From Thermoanaerobaculia bacterium (lineage in GTDB: Bacteria; Acidobacteriota; Thermoanaerobaculia; Gp7-AA8): a stretch of 64,000 nt of DNA. The notes under the pieces were generated by a model. It was not told the origin of the DNA. It saw only the letters and a program-made list of their open reading frames with translations, and did no database searches. A program made the translations under genes and the position numbers. This document shows positions 27,659-37,809 of this stretch, in pieces. The stretch is from positions 67,361-131,360 of the forward strand of contig JADGNX010000001.1 of NCBI GenBank assembly GCA_017883265.1. The letters are read 5' to 3'. Position 1 is the stretch's first letter. Every line of letters starts with the position of its first letter.

Positions 27659-29719
27659 ATGAGAGGACCCTCAATGGAAGGTGACGAAAGAAGAGCGAAT
27701 CTCCTCATTCACGAGACCTCGCCATATCTCCTCCAGCACGCCCACAATCCAGTCGACTGGAACGCCTGGAACGATGAGGCGCTCGGGCGTGCCCGTCGCG
27801 AGCAGAAGCCGATCTTCCTCTCGATCGGCTACTCGGCCTGCCACTGGTGCCACGTCATGGAGCGGGAGAGTTTTGAAAACGACGCCGTGGCGGAGATTCT
27901 CAATCGCGAGTTCGTTTCGATCAAAGTCGATCGTGAAGAGCGGCCCGACATCGATTCGATCTACATGCAGGCGGTCCAGCTCATGACCGGACACGGCGGA
28001 TGGCCGATGTCGGTCTTTCTGACTCCGGCAGGGGATCCGTTCTATGCCGGAACCTATTTCCCGCCTGAGGACCGACACGGTATGCCGGGTTTCAAGCGCG
28101 TGCTGCTTCACGTGGCAGAGGCCTACGGGACGCGCCGTACCGACGTTGAGTCGGTCTCGAAGGAGATCCGCGACGCCATTTCGAAGTCGGTGGACGTCCC
28201 GCCTTCTCTAGAGCCGGTTGACCGGCATGGCCTCGACGAAGCCGCAGCGCGCATCGCCGGTTCCTACGACCGGGTTCATGGCGGTTTCGGCGGAGCTCCG
28301 AAGTTTCCCCCGTCGATGTCGCTCGACTTTCTGATGCAGGTCGCGCATCGCAACGATGATCCCGGCTTGCAGGAGATCGTCACGACCACCCTGCGCAAGA
28401 TGGCTTTCGGGGGAATCTACGATCAGATCGGCGGTGGATTTCATCGCTACTCCGTCGATGAGCGCTGGCTCGTTCCGCACTTCGAGAAGATGCTGTACGA
28501 CAACGCGCTTCTGGCCCGCCTCTACGTTCGCGCCTGGCAGTGGACTCACGATCCGCTCTTCGCCCGCGTGGCGCGCGAGATCCTCGGATTCGTCGAGCGC
28601 GAGATGACCTCGCCCGACGGAGGCTTCTATTCGACTCTCGATGCCGATTCTGAAGGAGTGGAAGGAAAGTTCTACGTCTGGAGGCGGATGGAGGTGATGG
28701 AGGTTCTCGGAGCGGACGAGGGGCGGATTTTCTGCTCGCTCTACGACATCACCGACCGCGGCAATTGGGAGGAGCACAACATTCTCAACATCCTGCGCGA
28801 CCCGGAGATCGTGGCGCGCGACCTCGGGATCTCATCGGATGCACTTTCGGATCTCGCCGCGCGCGGCCGCTGCAAGCTGTATGGACGGCGCGAAGGGCGC
28901 GTGCGTCCGGGGCGCGACGAGAAGATTCTGGCGGGGTGGAACGGCTGGATGCTGGCCGCATTCGCGGAGGGCGCCATCGCATTCGGCGATTCGAGACTGA
29001 TGGAAATCACCCGCCGGAACGCCGATTTCCTGATGGAGCGAATGAGTGTCGATGGACGGCTCATGCGCTCGTACAAGGACGGCCGCGCTCGCATACCGGC
29101 GCTTCTCGAGGATTACTCCGGAGTGGCCTGGGGCCTGGCACTCGCTTACGAAGCGACTGGCCAGAGCCGTCTGATACGGACCGCACGAGACCTCGCCGAT
29201 GCCATCATCGATCGCTTTCTGGACCAGGAGCGGGGAGGCTTCTTCGACACGCCCTCCGGCCATGAGAAGCTCATCACCCGCCCGAAAGACCTCTTCGACA
29301 ATGCCACTCCCTCCGGGACTTCTGTAGCGGTCGAGCTGCTCCTTCGACTGGCACTGGTCTTTGGTGACGAGCGCTATCAGCGAATCGCATCCGCGGCGCT
29401 GGACGCCATCTGGCCGCTGGCGCAGCGCTATCCATCCGGCTTCGGCTTTCTGCTCGGCGGCGCGGAGTGGCGGCTCGGTCAGCCGAAGGAGATCGCAATC
29501 ACGGGAAGCGCTGAAGATGCCCGGTTTCGCCAGCTTCGGGGGGTCGTCGGCGAGACCTATCTGCCTCACCGGGTCCTCGTCAGTGGTGATTCAGCCGATC
29601 TTCCGCTGATGGCGAACCGCCCTCCCGACCGCGTCGTCGCGTATGTCTGTCAGGGCTACGCCTGCCTCGAGCCGACCGACGATCCGGAGCGCTTAAGACA
29701 GCTTCTCGCGGTGTCGTGA
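27659..29719 (+). CDS. Thioredoxin-domain protein of the DUF255/YyaL family: thioredoxin-like N-terminus plus a six-hairpin glycosidase-like domain.
   Basis: CHWCHVM redox motif, followed by the long alpha/alpha-toroid region typical of the SPATA20/YyaL family. Confidence 0.8.
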   Translation: MRGPSMEGDERRANLLIHETSPYLLQHAHNPVDWNAWNDEALGRARREQKPIFLSIGYSACHWCHVMERESFENDAVAEILNREFVSIKVDREERPDIDSIYMQAVQLMTGHGGWPMSVFLTPAGDPFYAGTYFPPEDRHGMPGFKRVLLHVAEAYGTRRTDVESVSKEIRDAISKSVDVPPSLEPVDRHGLDEAAARIAGSYDRVHGGFGGAPKFPPSMSLDFLMQVAHRNDDPGLQEIVTTTLRKMAFGGIYDQIGGGFHRYSVDERWLVPHFEKMLYDNALLARLYVRAWQWTHDPLFARVAREILGFVEREMTSPDGGFYSTLDADSEGVEGKFYVWRRMEVMEVLGADEGRIFCSLYDITDRGNWEEHNILNILRDPEIVARDLGISSDALSDLAARGRCKLYGRREGRVRPGRDEKILAGWNGWMLAAFAEGAIAFGDSRLMEITRRNADFLMERMSVDGRLMRSYKDGRARIPALLEDYSGVAWGLALAYEATGQSRLIRTARDLADAIIDRFLDQERGGFFDTPSGHEKLITRPKDLFDNATPSGTSVAVELLLRLALVFGDERYQRIASAALDAIWPLAQRYPSGFGFLLGGAEWRLGQPKEIAITGSAEDARFRQLRGVVGETYLPHRVLVSGDSADLPLMANRPPDRVVAYVCQGYACLEPTDDPERLRQLLAVS

Positions 29720-29762
29720 GGTGGAGCGGCGGCCGCCTCGGCCGCCGGGGTGGGCGGCTGGC
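29720..29762 (+). repeat. Family-1 intergenic palindromic (REP-like) element, copy C.
   Basis: GGTGGAGCGGCGGCCGCCTCGGCCGCCGGGGTGGGCGGCTGGC. It starts at the nucleotide after the TGA stop of the preceding gene. Confidence 0.6.
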
Positions 29763-29774
29763 ATAGTTTCCCGG

Positions 29775-30629
29775 TCAGTTCTGGTCCATCCAGGCCCGCA
29801 GGTAGACAATTTCCTCGACTACTCGTGGACGGTCACCGCCGTTGGGGTTGATCGCCAGATAGCGCTCGAGATAGTCGATCGCATCGCGATAAGAATGAAG
29901 CTGCATGGCCAGGGCGGCGCGATCGCGCAGCTCGTAGGAGTCCCGCTCGTCGAGAATCAGGAGGCGATCGACCGACGCCGCGGCACGCTCGAGCTCGTGC
30001 TGGGCCAGATAGGCCTTCTTCAAATGCGACAGCAAGCGGGCGATGATCTTGCGCCGCGGAAAGGCGCGCAGGTGGTGCTCGCGGAGCTGGACGCCGCCGC
30101 CGTAGAGGTCATCCAGCATCGTCTGGCACTCGGCCGCGGAGAGAACCCGCCCATCGTCGAAAGGATCGATGAGGATCTCGCCGAACGGCCCTCTCAGTTT
30201 AACGAGGAAGTGACCCGGGAAGGCGACGCCAGTGGCATTGAGTCCCAGTTGCCGTGAGAGCTCGATGTAGAGAATCGAAAGCGACAAGGGCGACCCTGCG
30301 TGGCGATCGAGCACCTCGTTGAGCAGGGCGCAGCGCGGGTCGGCGTAGTCGTCCGACTGGCCTTGAAAGCCCTCCTCGTCGAAGAGAAACCGGTTCAGAG
30401 CATCGATGACCCTCCCGACATCCCGGGATCCATCGATGCGGGCCCGGATGGCCTTCCCCCATTCAGTGACACGGCTGAGGTAATGGTCCAGATCGAGGCC
30501 CGGACACTCCTCGAGGGCCACGACCAGAGAGGCTTCGGTAAGGTCGAGAGTCTCGTCCGGGCTCTGAAAAAGCTCGACGAATCTCCGGCGTGCTACGGCC
30601 GGGTGAGTCAGAAGTCGTCTCTCGTGCAT
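29775..30629 (-). CDS. Transglutaminase-like / SirB1-family protein (UPF0162, TPR-like C-terminus).
   Basis: 284 aa with a transglutaminase-like core and a helical repeat tail. Last gene of the pyrE–hmgL–thioesterase string. Confidence 0.55.
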   Translation of the reverse strand: MHERRLLTHPAVARRRFVELFQSPDETLDLTEASLVVALEECPGLDLDHYLSRVTEWGKAIRARIDGSRDVGRVIDALNRFLFDEEGFQGQSDDYADPRCALLNEVLDRHAGSPLSLSILYIELSRQLGLNATGVAFPGHFLVKLRGPFGEILIDPFDDGRVLSAAECQTMLDDLYGGGVQLREHHLRAFPRRKIIARLLSHLKKAYLAQHELERAAASVDRLLILDERDSYELRDRAALAMQLHSYRDAIDYLERYLAINPNGGDRPRVVEEIVYLRAWMDQN

Positions 30630-30632
30630 GGG

Positions 30633-31082
30633 TCATACCCCTCCACCCTTCTGGAAGACGGCGATCTTCTCTCGAAGAGTCTCGTTGATCGGAACCGACT
30701 TCTGCCCCGGCCAGTCGAAAATCACCACAACCACTTTGCCTGTTGCGGCCACTTCCCCGCCATCCGATTTTCGAATCTGGCAATGAAAGTCCAGCGAGCG
30801 GTTTCGCAGATCGCCGATCTTCGTGCAGATCTCGATCTCCTGGCCGAAGTCGAGCTGTCGCCGGAAATCGCAGTCGGCGTGCGCCACGATGAAGCCGATG
30901 GCCTCCGGCAGCGTGCTTCCCATCAGCTCGAGCCAGTACTTCGTTCGTCCCCACTCGAAGAACGTGAAGTAGACGGCGTTGTTGACGTGCCCGAAGAAGT
31001 CGACGTCGCGAAAGGTGACCTGGTAGGGAACGACATACCACCCGTCGCGCCAGCCTGAGGTGGCCTGCGCCGGAACGCTCAT
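30633..31082 (-). CDS. Acyl-CoA thioesterase, 4HBT/YbgC-type hotdog fold.
   Basis: Start at MSVPAQATSGW (31082). The hotdog-fold motif FRDVDFFGHVNNAVYFTFFE carries the catalytic Asp. The track ORF extends upstream to 31343, across the hmgL end. Confidence 0.7.
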   Translation of the reverse strand: MSVPAQATSGWRDGWYVVPYQVTFRDVDFFGHVNNAVYFTFFEWGRTKYWLELMGSTLPEAIGFIVAHADCDFRRQLDFGQEIEICTKIGDLRNRSLDFHCQIRKSDGGEVAATGKVVVVIFDWPGQKSVPINETLREKIAVFQKGGGV

Positions 31083-31134
31083 CGGACGTTCGCGACCATC
31101 GCAGGAATGTTCGCACAGTTCGGGGCGGGAGAGC

Positions 31135-32070
31135 TCACTGCACCGAGGTGTGCGTCCCGAATGACGCTGAGCCATGGGTGCAGGCCTGAAGGTACTTGCC
31201 CGGCAACGGATGATCGAGAAACGGGCCGATGATCGAGGAAGCAGCGACCAGTCTCTTGAGATCGACTCCGCTCTCGATTCCCATGCCGTCGAGGAGATAG
31301 ACGAGGTCCTCGGTGGCCAGATTTCCCGACGCCCCTGGTGCATAGGGACAGCCGCCGAGACCGCCGGCCGACGCGTCGTAGGTGGCGATCCCCATCTCCA
31401 GGGCGGCCAGCGTGTTCGCCAGCGCCGTGCCGCGGGTATCGTGAAAGTGCATGGCCAGCCGTCCGTGAGGAACGACCTGCAGGAGGATTCCGATGACGCC
31501 CTGGACCTGGAGAGGAGTACCGACTCCGATGGTGTCTCCGATCGAGACCTGATAGCAGCCGAGGTCGAGCAGGCGTGCCGTCACTTCGAGCACCTTTTCG
31601 GGGAGTACTTCGCCTTCGTAGGGGCAGCCGAATGAACAGGATACGTAGCCCCGAACCTTCATCCCCTCGCCCAGCGCGCGCGGAACGATTGCGGCGAAGT
31701 TCTGGAACGATTCGTCGATCGTCATGTTGATGTTGCGCTTATTGAATGTCTCGGAGGCGGCGGTGAAGATGGCGATCGAGCGGACTCCTGCTTCCAGGGC
31801 GCGATCGAGCCCCTTGGCATTCGGCACCAGCACCGGATAGTCGACACCCGGATCCTTCGGGATGTCTCGGTAGACTTCGGCCGTGTCGGCCATCTGTGGC
31901 ACCCACTTCGGGCTGACGAACGCGCCTGCCTCGATTGTGCGCAGGCCGGCATCCGAGAGCGCGGTAATGAAGTTCACCTTGACCTCGGTTGGAATCGTGA
32001 CCTTCTCGTTCTGCAGGCCATCGCGAGGACCGACTTCAACGATCCTCACGGACTCGACGGGAAACTTCAT
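31135..32070 (-). CDS. Hydroxymethylglutaryl-CoA lyase.
   Basis: Start at MKFPVESVRIVEVGPRDGLQNE (TIM-barrel HMGL signature). C-terminal CPYAPGASGNLATEDLVY. ATGA overlap with the upstream biotin-domain gene stop. Confidence 0.85.
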   Translation of the reverse strand: MKFPVESVRIVEVGPRDGLQNEKVTIPTEVKVNFITALSDAGLRTIEAGAFVSPKWVPQMADTAEVYRDIPKDPGVDYPVLVPNAKGLDRALEAGVRSIAIFTAASETFNKRNINMTIDESFQNFAAIVPRALGEGMKVRGYVSCSFGCPYEGEVLPEKVLEVTARLLDLGCYQVSIGDTIGVGTPLQVQGVIGILLQVVPHGRLAMHFHDTRGTALANTLAALEMGIATYDASAGGLGGCPYAPGASGNLATEDLVYLLDGMGIESGVDLKRLVAASSIIGPFLDHPLPGKYLQACTHGSASFGTHTSVQ

Positions 32071-32564
32071 GGCTGCTCTTTCTCCTCCTCCAGTGAAACG
32101 AGATCGACGCCCGGCTGAACGAGCTCGCCCACCGTGCAATGAACAGCCGCGACGCGCCCATCACGCGCGGCCACGATCTGATGCTCCATCTTCATGGCTT
32201 CGAGGACGATGAGCGGGTCCCCCTTGCGGACTTCGTCGCCAGGCGCTACGGAGATCTTGAGAACGACACCGGGCATCGGCGCCGCCATCGAATGCTCGCG
32301 GTGGCGGCCCCTGGTCCGTCCCGGCTCCCCGACGGTCGCCGTGTAGGTCTCGCCGTCGAGAGTGAACTGCAAACCGTCGGCGGTCGTCAGAAACGCGACA
32401 TCGTGCAGCCGCCCGTTGATGAGAAGCTCGGCACGGCCGTCGCCCATGGCCACCATCTCGATCGTATCGAGCCGCTCTCCGGCCCGAAGACTCCAGACGG
32501 ACTCTTTCTTCTCGACGGCAACCGACTCCAGGCGATCGCCGATCGATATGCTCTTCTCGCTCAT
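32067..32564 (-). CDS. Biotin/lipoyl-attachment (BCCP-like) domain protein.
   Basis: C-terminal biotinyl domain with EAMKMEH. Start at MSEKSISIGD (32564) overlaps the pyrE stop (ATGA). Confidence 0.7.
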   Translation of the reverse strand: MSEKSISIGDRLESVAVEKKESVWSLRAGERLDTIEMVAMGDGRAELLINGRLHDVAFLTTADGLQFTLDGETYTATVGEPGRTRGRHREHSMAAPMPGVVLKISVAPGDEVRKGDPLIVLEAMKMEHQIVAARDGRVAAVHCTVGELVQPGVDLVSLEEEKEQP

Positions 32565-33139
32565 CGTTTCGCCGAGTAACGGCTGCCGGGCGCATCGAGC
32601 GGCACGCCCGCCCGGCAAAGAGGGCAGTCGCTCTCCGGATGCGTCTCGAGCGACAGCGCCAGGAGCGCTTCGTAGGGCCGGTCGAATGGCCTAACCGACC
32701 CGCTGCGGTTGAGGATCGATGCGTATCCGACGACCCGTGCACCGTGCGACTCGACGACAGCCGCCGTCTCACGCGTCGACTTGCCGGTCGTGACCACGTC
32801 CTCGACGATCACGACCGGCTCGTTTGCCTCCAGAGCGAACCCGCGGCGGAGGGTCATCACGCCGTCCTTCCTCTCCGTGAACACCATCGGAGCTCCGAGC
32901 GCTTCGGCCACAGTGAAGCCGATGATCACTCCCCCCAGAGCCGGCGCCACGATATGGCGCGGCTCGAGAGGGTTGATCCGTTCTGCCAGGGCTCTGCCGA
33001 TGGCTTTCGCATTTCCCGGATCTTCGAGCAGCCGCGCGCACTGCACGTAGCTGGGTGAGTGAAGTCCCGAGGAGAGGCGGAAGTGTCCCGTGAGCAGGGC
33101 GCCCGTTTCGCTGAGAAGGGCTGGTACATCGAGGGGCAT
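32561..33139 (-). CDS. pyrE: Orotate phosphoribosyltransferase.
   Basis: Start at MPLDVPALLSETGALLTGHFRLSSGLHSPSYV. PRPP-binding motif VVIVEDVVTTGKS. Confidence 0.85.
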   Translation of the reverse strand: MPLDVPALLSETGALLTGHFRLSSGLHSPSYVQCARLLEDPGNAKAIGRALAERINPLEPRHIVAPALGGVIIGFTVAEALGAPMVFTERKDGVMTLRRGFALEANEPVVIVEDVVTTGKSTRETAAVVESHGARVVGYASILNRSGSVRPFDRPYEALLALSLETHPESDCPLCRAGVPLDAPGSRYSAKR

Positions 33140-33160
33140 TGAACGGCGAGAATAGCAAAA

Positions 33161-33195
33161 TTGAGAATTGACAGTTGACAGTTGACTGTTGAGAG
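33161..33195. repeat. Five tandem heptamers TTGAGAA-TTGACAG-TTGACAG-TTGACTG-TTGAGAG in the divergent pyrE / yqeY-like intergenic region.
   Basis: Read directly. A perfect 7-bp period, repeated five times. Each unit resembles a -35 hexamer (TTGACA). Confidence 0.7.
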
Positions 33196-33272
33196 GATCC
33201 ATCCGGATGGGACAAGCGACCCCGGACAACGGATAGAATCAGGCAGCATCTGAACCTGTTGCGAACCAGGAA

Positions 33273-33731
33273 ATGGAGCCTTACGTGACACTCGCCGAAC
33301 AGATCCGATCCGAGCTGACAGCATCGATGAAAGCGCGCGACGCCGCGCGGACCTCGACCCTGCGTCTCCTGCAGGCCTCCTTCAAGAACGAGCAGATCGA
33401 GAAGGGTCATGAGCTGTCCGATGAAGAAGCGCTGGCTGTCATCCGCCGCGCCGTCAAACAGCGGCAGGATTCGATCGAGCAATATACGAAGGGGAATCGT
33501 CCCGAGCTGGCGGCGAAGGAGAGTGCCGAGCTGGAGATTCTGAGCCGCTATCTGCCGCAGCAAATGAGCGAGGGCGATGCTGAGCGCGCCGTGCGCGAGG
33601 CCATCGCCGCGGTCGGAGCGGAATCGAAGAAGGACACCGGCAAGGTGATGAAGGAAGTGATGAGCCGGCACAAAGGGACAATCGACGGGAAGAAGGTCCA
33701 GGAACTGCTCGCGCGTCTGCTGCCCCTGTAG
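33273..33731 (+). CDS. GatB/YqeY domain-containing protein.
   Basis: 152 aa. LRLLQASFKNEQIEKG…AVIRRAVKQRQDSIEQY is typical of the YqeY family. Confidence 0.8.
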   Translation: MEPYVTLAEQIRSELTASMKARDAARTSTLRLLQASFKNEQIEKGHELSDEEALAVIRRAVKQRQDSIEQYTKGNRPELAAKESAELEILSRYLPQQMSEGDAERAVREAIAAVGAESKKDTGKVMKEVMSRHKGTIDGKKVQELLARLLPL

Positions 33732-33752
33732 CACAGACGCTTCTGTCTGTGC
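33731..33752. repeat. Family-2 22-bp palindrome GCACAGACGCTTCTGTCTGTGC.
   Basis: Perfect hairpin, 9-bp arms. It begins at the last base of the yqeY-like stop codon. Near-identical, reverse-complemented, to the two copies at 60798-60845. Confidence 0.6.
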
Positions 33753-33794
33753 GCCTCTCCCGAATCGAGGCGAGGATGAGGGGTCGTCGAGCCT

Positions 33795-34265
33795 TCAAGT
33801 TTGTTCGTCTCGGGCCAGCGTGCCGGAAAAGACGGCATGCGAGGCATGCCTGACGATCTCGTTTCGTGCAATGGCGTAGCCAAAGATGGCATCGACGAGA
33901 ACGCGGCGGCCGTCACGCGAGAGGATGACGAGAACTTTCCGCCTGATCTCGCGGACTTCCACTACATCCTCCCAACGCAGCCAACGCCCTCTCTTGCCGA
34001 GGAACGGGAGAAACCGGTTCTCGTAAAGAACCCCGCTGCTGCTCATGTAGATGTGATCGCCATACTGAATCAGTGCGGCGATGACCGTTCCGGCCACCAG
34101 GCCGACCAGCGCGATGAGTGGGAGAGCCTCGATCTCCGCCGCTCCTCGGGAGAGGTAGTCGAAGAGCAGCGCTGCCGAACCGAACGCAGCAGCGCAGGAG
34201 AAGAGCCGCGCCACCGGAGTGCGATCGAATACCACGATCCTGTCGTCCGTCAGAGAGCTCTTCAT
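33795..34265 (-). CDS. Hypothetical membrane protein.
   Basis: Start taken at MKSSLTDDRIVVFD. Two central hydrophobic helices (LFSCAAAFGSAALLFDYL, LIALVGLVAGTVIAALI). No recognisable domain. Confidence 0.4.
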   Translation of the reverse strand: MKSSLTDDRIVVFDRTPVARLFSCAAAFGSAALLFDYLSRGAAEIEALPLIALVGLVAGTVIAALIQYGDHIYMSSSGVLYENRFLPFLGKRGRWLRWEDVVEVREIRRKVLVILSRDGRRVLVDAIFGYAIARNEIVRHASHAVFSGTLARDEQT

Positions 34266-34345
34266 CGCCGCCTTGCTACTCGGATCATCGAGAACCGGGT
34301 TAAGATGCCGCACTTTATTTCCTGAAACGGGAATCGCCGAAACCT

Positions 34346-36061
<1,716 letters not shown>

Positions 36062-36092
36062 AGGGCAGCCCTCTAGGCGAACGCCCAACAAA

Positions 36093-36139
36093 GTGGAGCG
36101 GCGGCCGCTTCGGCCGCCGAGGGGTGGGTGGCTGGCCAC
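36093..36139 (+). repeat. Family-1 intergenic palindromic (REP-like) element, copy B.
   Basis: GTGGAGCGGCGGCCGCTTCGGCCGCCGAGGGGTGGGTGGCTGGCCAC, 31 nt after the proS stop. Confidence 0.6.
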
Positions 36140-36260
36140 GATTCAGCGCGGGCGCCCGAGAGCGGGAGCCCCCTGTGTCACTGCTCAGCCGGCACACCGC
36201 TAAAGGGTCTCTCTGCTATCCTTTGACGCCGTGGCAATCCTGAAAATAACGGAGGCTGGG

Positions 36261-37661
36261 ATGCGCAGGTCATTTCCGCTGATCGCACTCGGTGCGATTC
36301 TTTTCTCGGTGCCGGTCACGGCGCAGAACACGGACATCGAATCGCTGTCCGGGCTGCAGTTCAACTTCGCGAATCCGGGTGCTCGATCTCTCGGGATGGG
36401 TGGAGCGTTTCTCGGTCTGGCCGATGATGCCTCCGCCGTCGAAGCGAATCCGGCTGGATTGACCATTCTGCGCAAACCCGAGGTCTCGCTCGAGCTCCGT
36501 AACTTCCTGACGACCCAGACCCTGGCGACCTCGGGAACCTTCAACGAGAACCTGCAGCGAACCGACTTCACGAGCTTCAGCAAGAGAGCGGACGTCTCGT
36601 TTGCCAGCTTCGTCTATCCGATCAGGAACTTCGCCTTCGCCGTTTACTACCACGAGCCGCTGAACAACGAAGCCGCCGGCGCGGTGCAAGCCATCCGCAA
36701 CCCGTTCACAGGACAGATCCTCACCGACATCCCGAACTTCTTTTTTGCTCGCGATCTCAAGAAGGCGGTGACAGCGCAGCAGTGTCTCGACATCCAGAAC
36801 AAGGATCCGAACGATCTCTTCTCCTGTGTCGAATTCCAAGTCGATCCGTACCTGACCGCGGTGCAGGTCACTCAACGGACCTGGGGCCTCGCTGGGGCCT
36901 GGAAGCTCAAGAATTTGTCGATCGGTGCCTCGGCGCGATTTCAGCAGTTTCATGAAGTGGCGGCAACGTCCCGCACTGACCCCTTCGGAAATCCGAAAGC
37001 ACTCGTCGTTCAGGCCACCGGAATAGTCGACAGCCAGGGAGCGCTGCAACTCAAGGATCAGAACAAACTGACGTTCACGGCCGGTTTCAAGTGGGAGGCG
37101 ACCGAGAAATTCAGCGTTGGAGGCGTCTACAAGAAGGGAGCGCGCTATGTCACGCCGACCTTCGCCGAGACCGTCAGCAACAACTTCAACTTCCAGAAGC
37201 TTGCCGACACCACGTTCCACATTCCGGACATCGCCGGCGTCGGAATCTCAGTACGGCCGATTCCGGTGTTGACGTTCAACGTCGACGCTGTTCACGTCAA
37301 GTACTCGAATATGGTCGACAATTTCGTCTCCATCAACGGCGAAGTACGTGCTCTGAGCCATCCGTATTCTGCGAATGACGTCACGGAGCTTCATGCCGGT
37401 GGCGAGTATTTCTTTTCCACCAAAATTCCGCTGGCCATCCGCGCGGGCTATTGGCGCGATCCCGCGCACGCTACGAAGTTCGTCGGTCCGCAGAACGATC
37501 CGCAGTTCATCGGAGACGCCATTCTTTTTCCCGGCGATAAGGCCCAGAACCACAGGTCGATCGGAGCCGGTCTCGCGTGGCCGCGGTTCCAGATCGATGC
37601 GGCCTACGAGACTTCCCCGAAGTACAAGGTCGGCTCTCTCTCCATGGTTACCCGGTTCTGA
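36261..37661 (+). CDS. Outer-membrane transport protein of the FadL/OMPP1/TodX family.
   Basis: The ATG at 36261 is preceded by GGAGG. Signal peptide MRRSFPLIALGAILFSVPVTA. N-terminal hatch with the NPAG motif (EANPAGLTIL). C-terminal …MVTRF. Confidence 0.65.
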   Translation: MRRSFPLIALGAILFSVPVTAQNTDIESLSGLQFNFANPGARSLGMGGAFLGLADDASAVEANPAGLTILRKPEVSLELRNFLTTQTLATSGTFNENLQRTDFTSFSKRADVSFASFVYPIRNFAFAVYYHEPLNNEAAGAVQAIRNPFTGQILTDIPNFFFARDLKKAVTAQQCLDIQNKDPNDLFSCVEFQVDPYLTAVQVTQRTWGLAGAWKLKNLSIGASARFQQFHEVAATSRTDPFGNPKALVVQATGIVDSQGALQLKDQNKLTFTAGFKWEATEKFSVGGVYKKGARYVTPTFAETVSNNFNFQKLADTTFHIPDIAGVGISVRPIPVLTFNVDAVHVKYSNMVDNFVSINGEVRALSHPYSANDVTELHAGGEYFFSTKIPLAIRAGYWRDPAHATKFVGPQNDPQFIGDAILFPGDKAQNHRSIGAGLAWPRFQIDAAYETSPKYKVGSLSMVTRF

Positions 37662-37809
37662 TGAGATTATCAGCACGTGCCTGGGCTCGGTAACGCAGAG
37701 GATGAGGCCCGCGACGCTCCGAGCAATTACTGGCGAAGGTCGAGCGGGTCCAGCACGCTCTGGTCGGTGATGCCGCGTCGATCGCGGGCGCGCAGGGGCC
37801 CCCCGGCCA

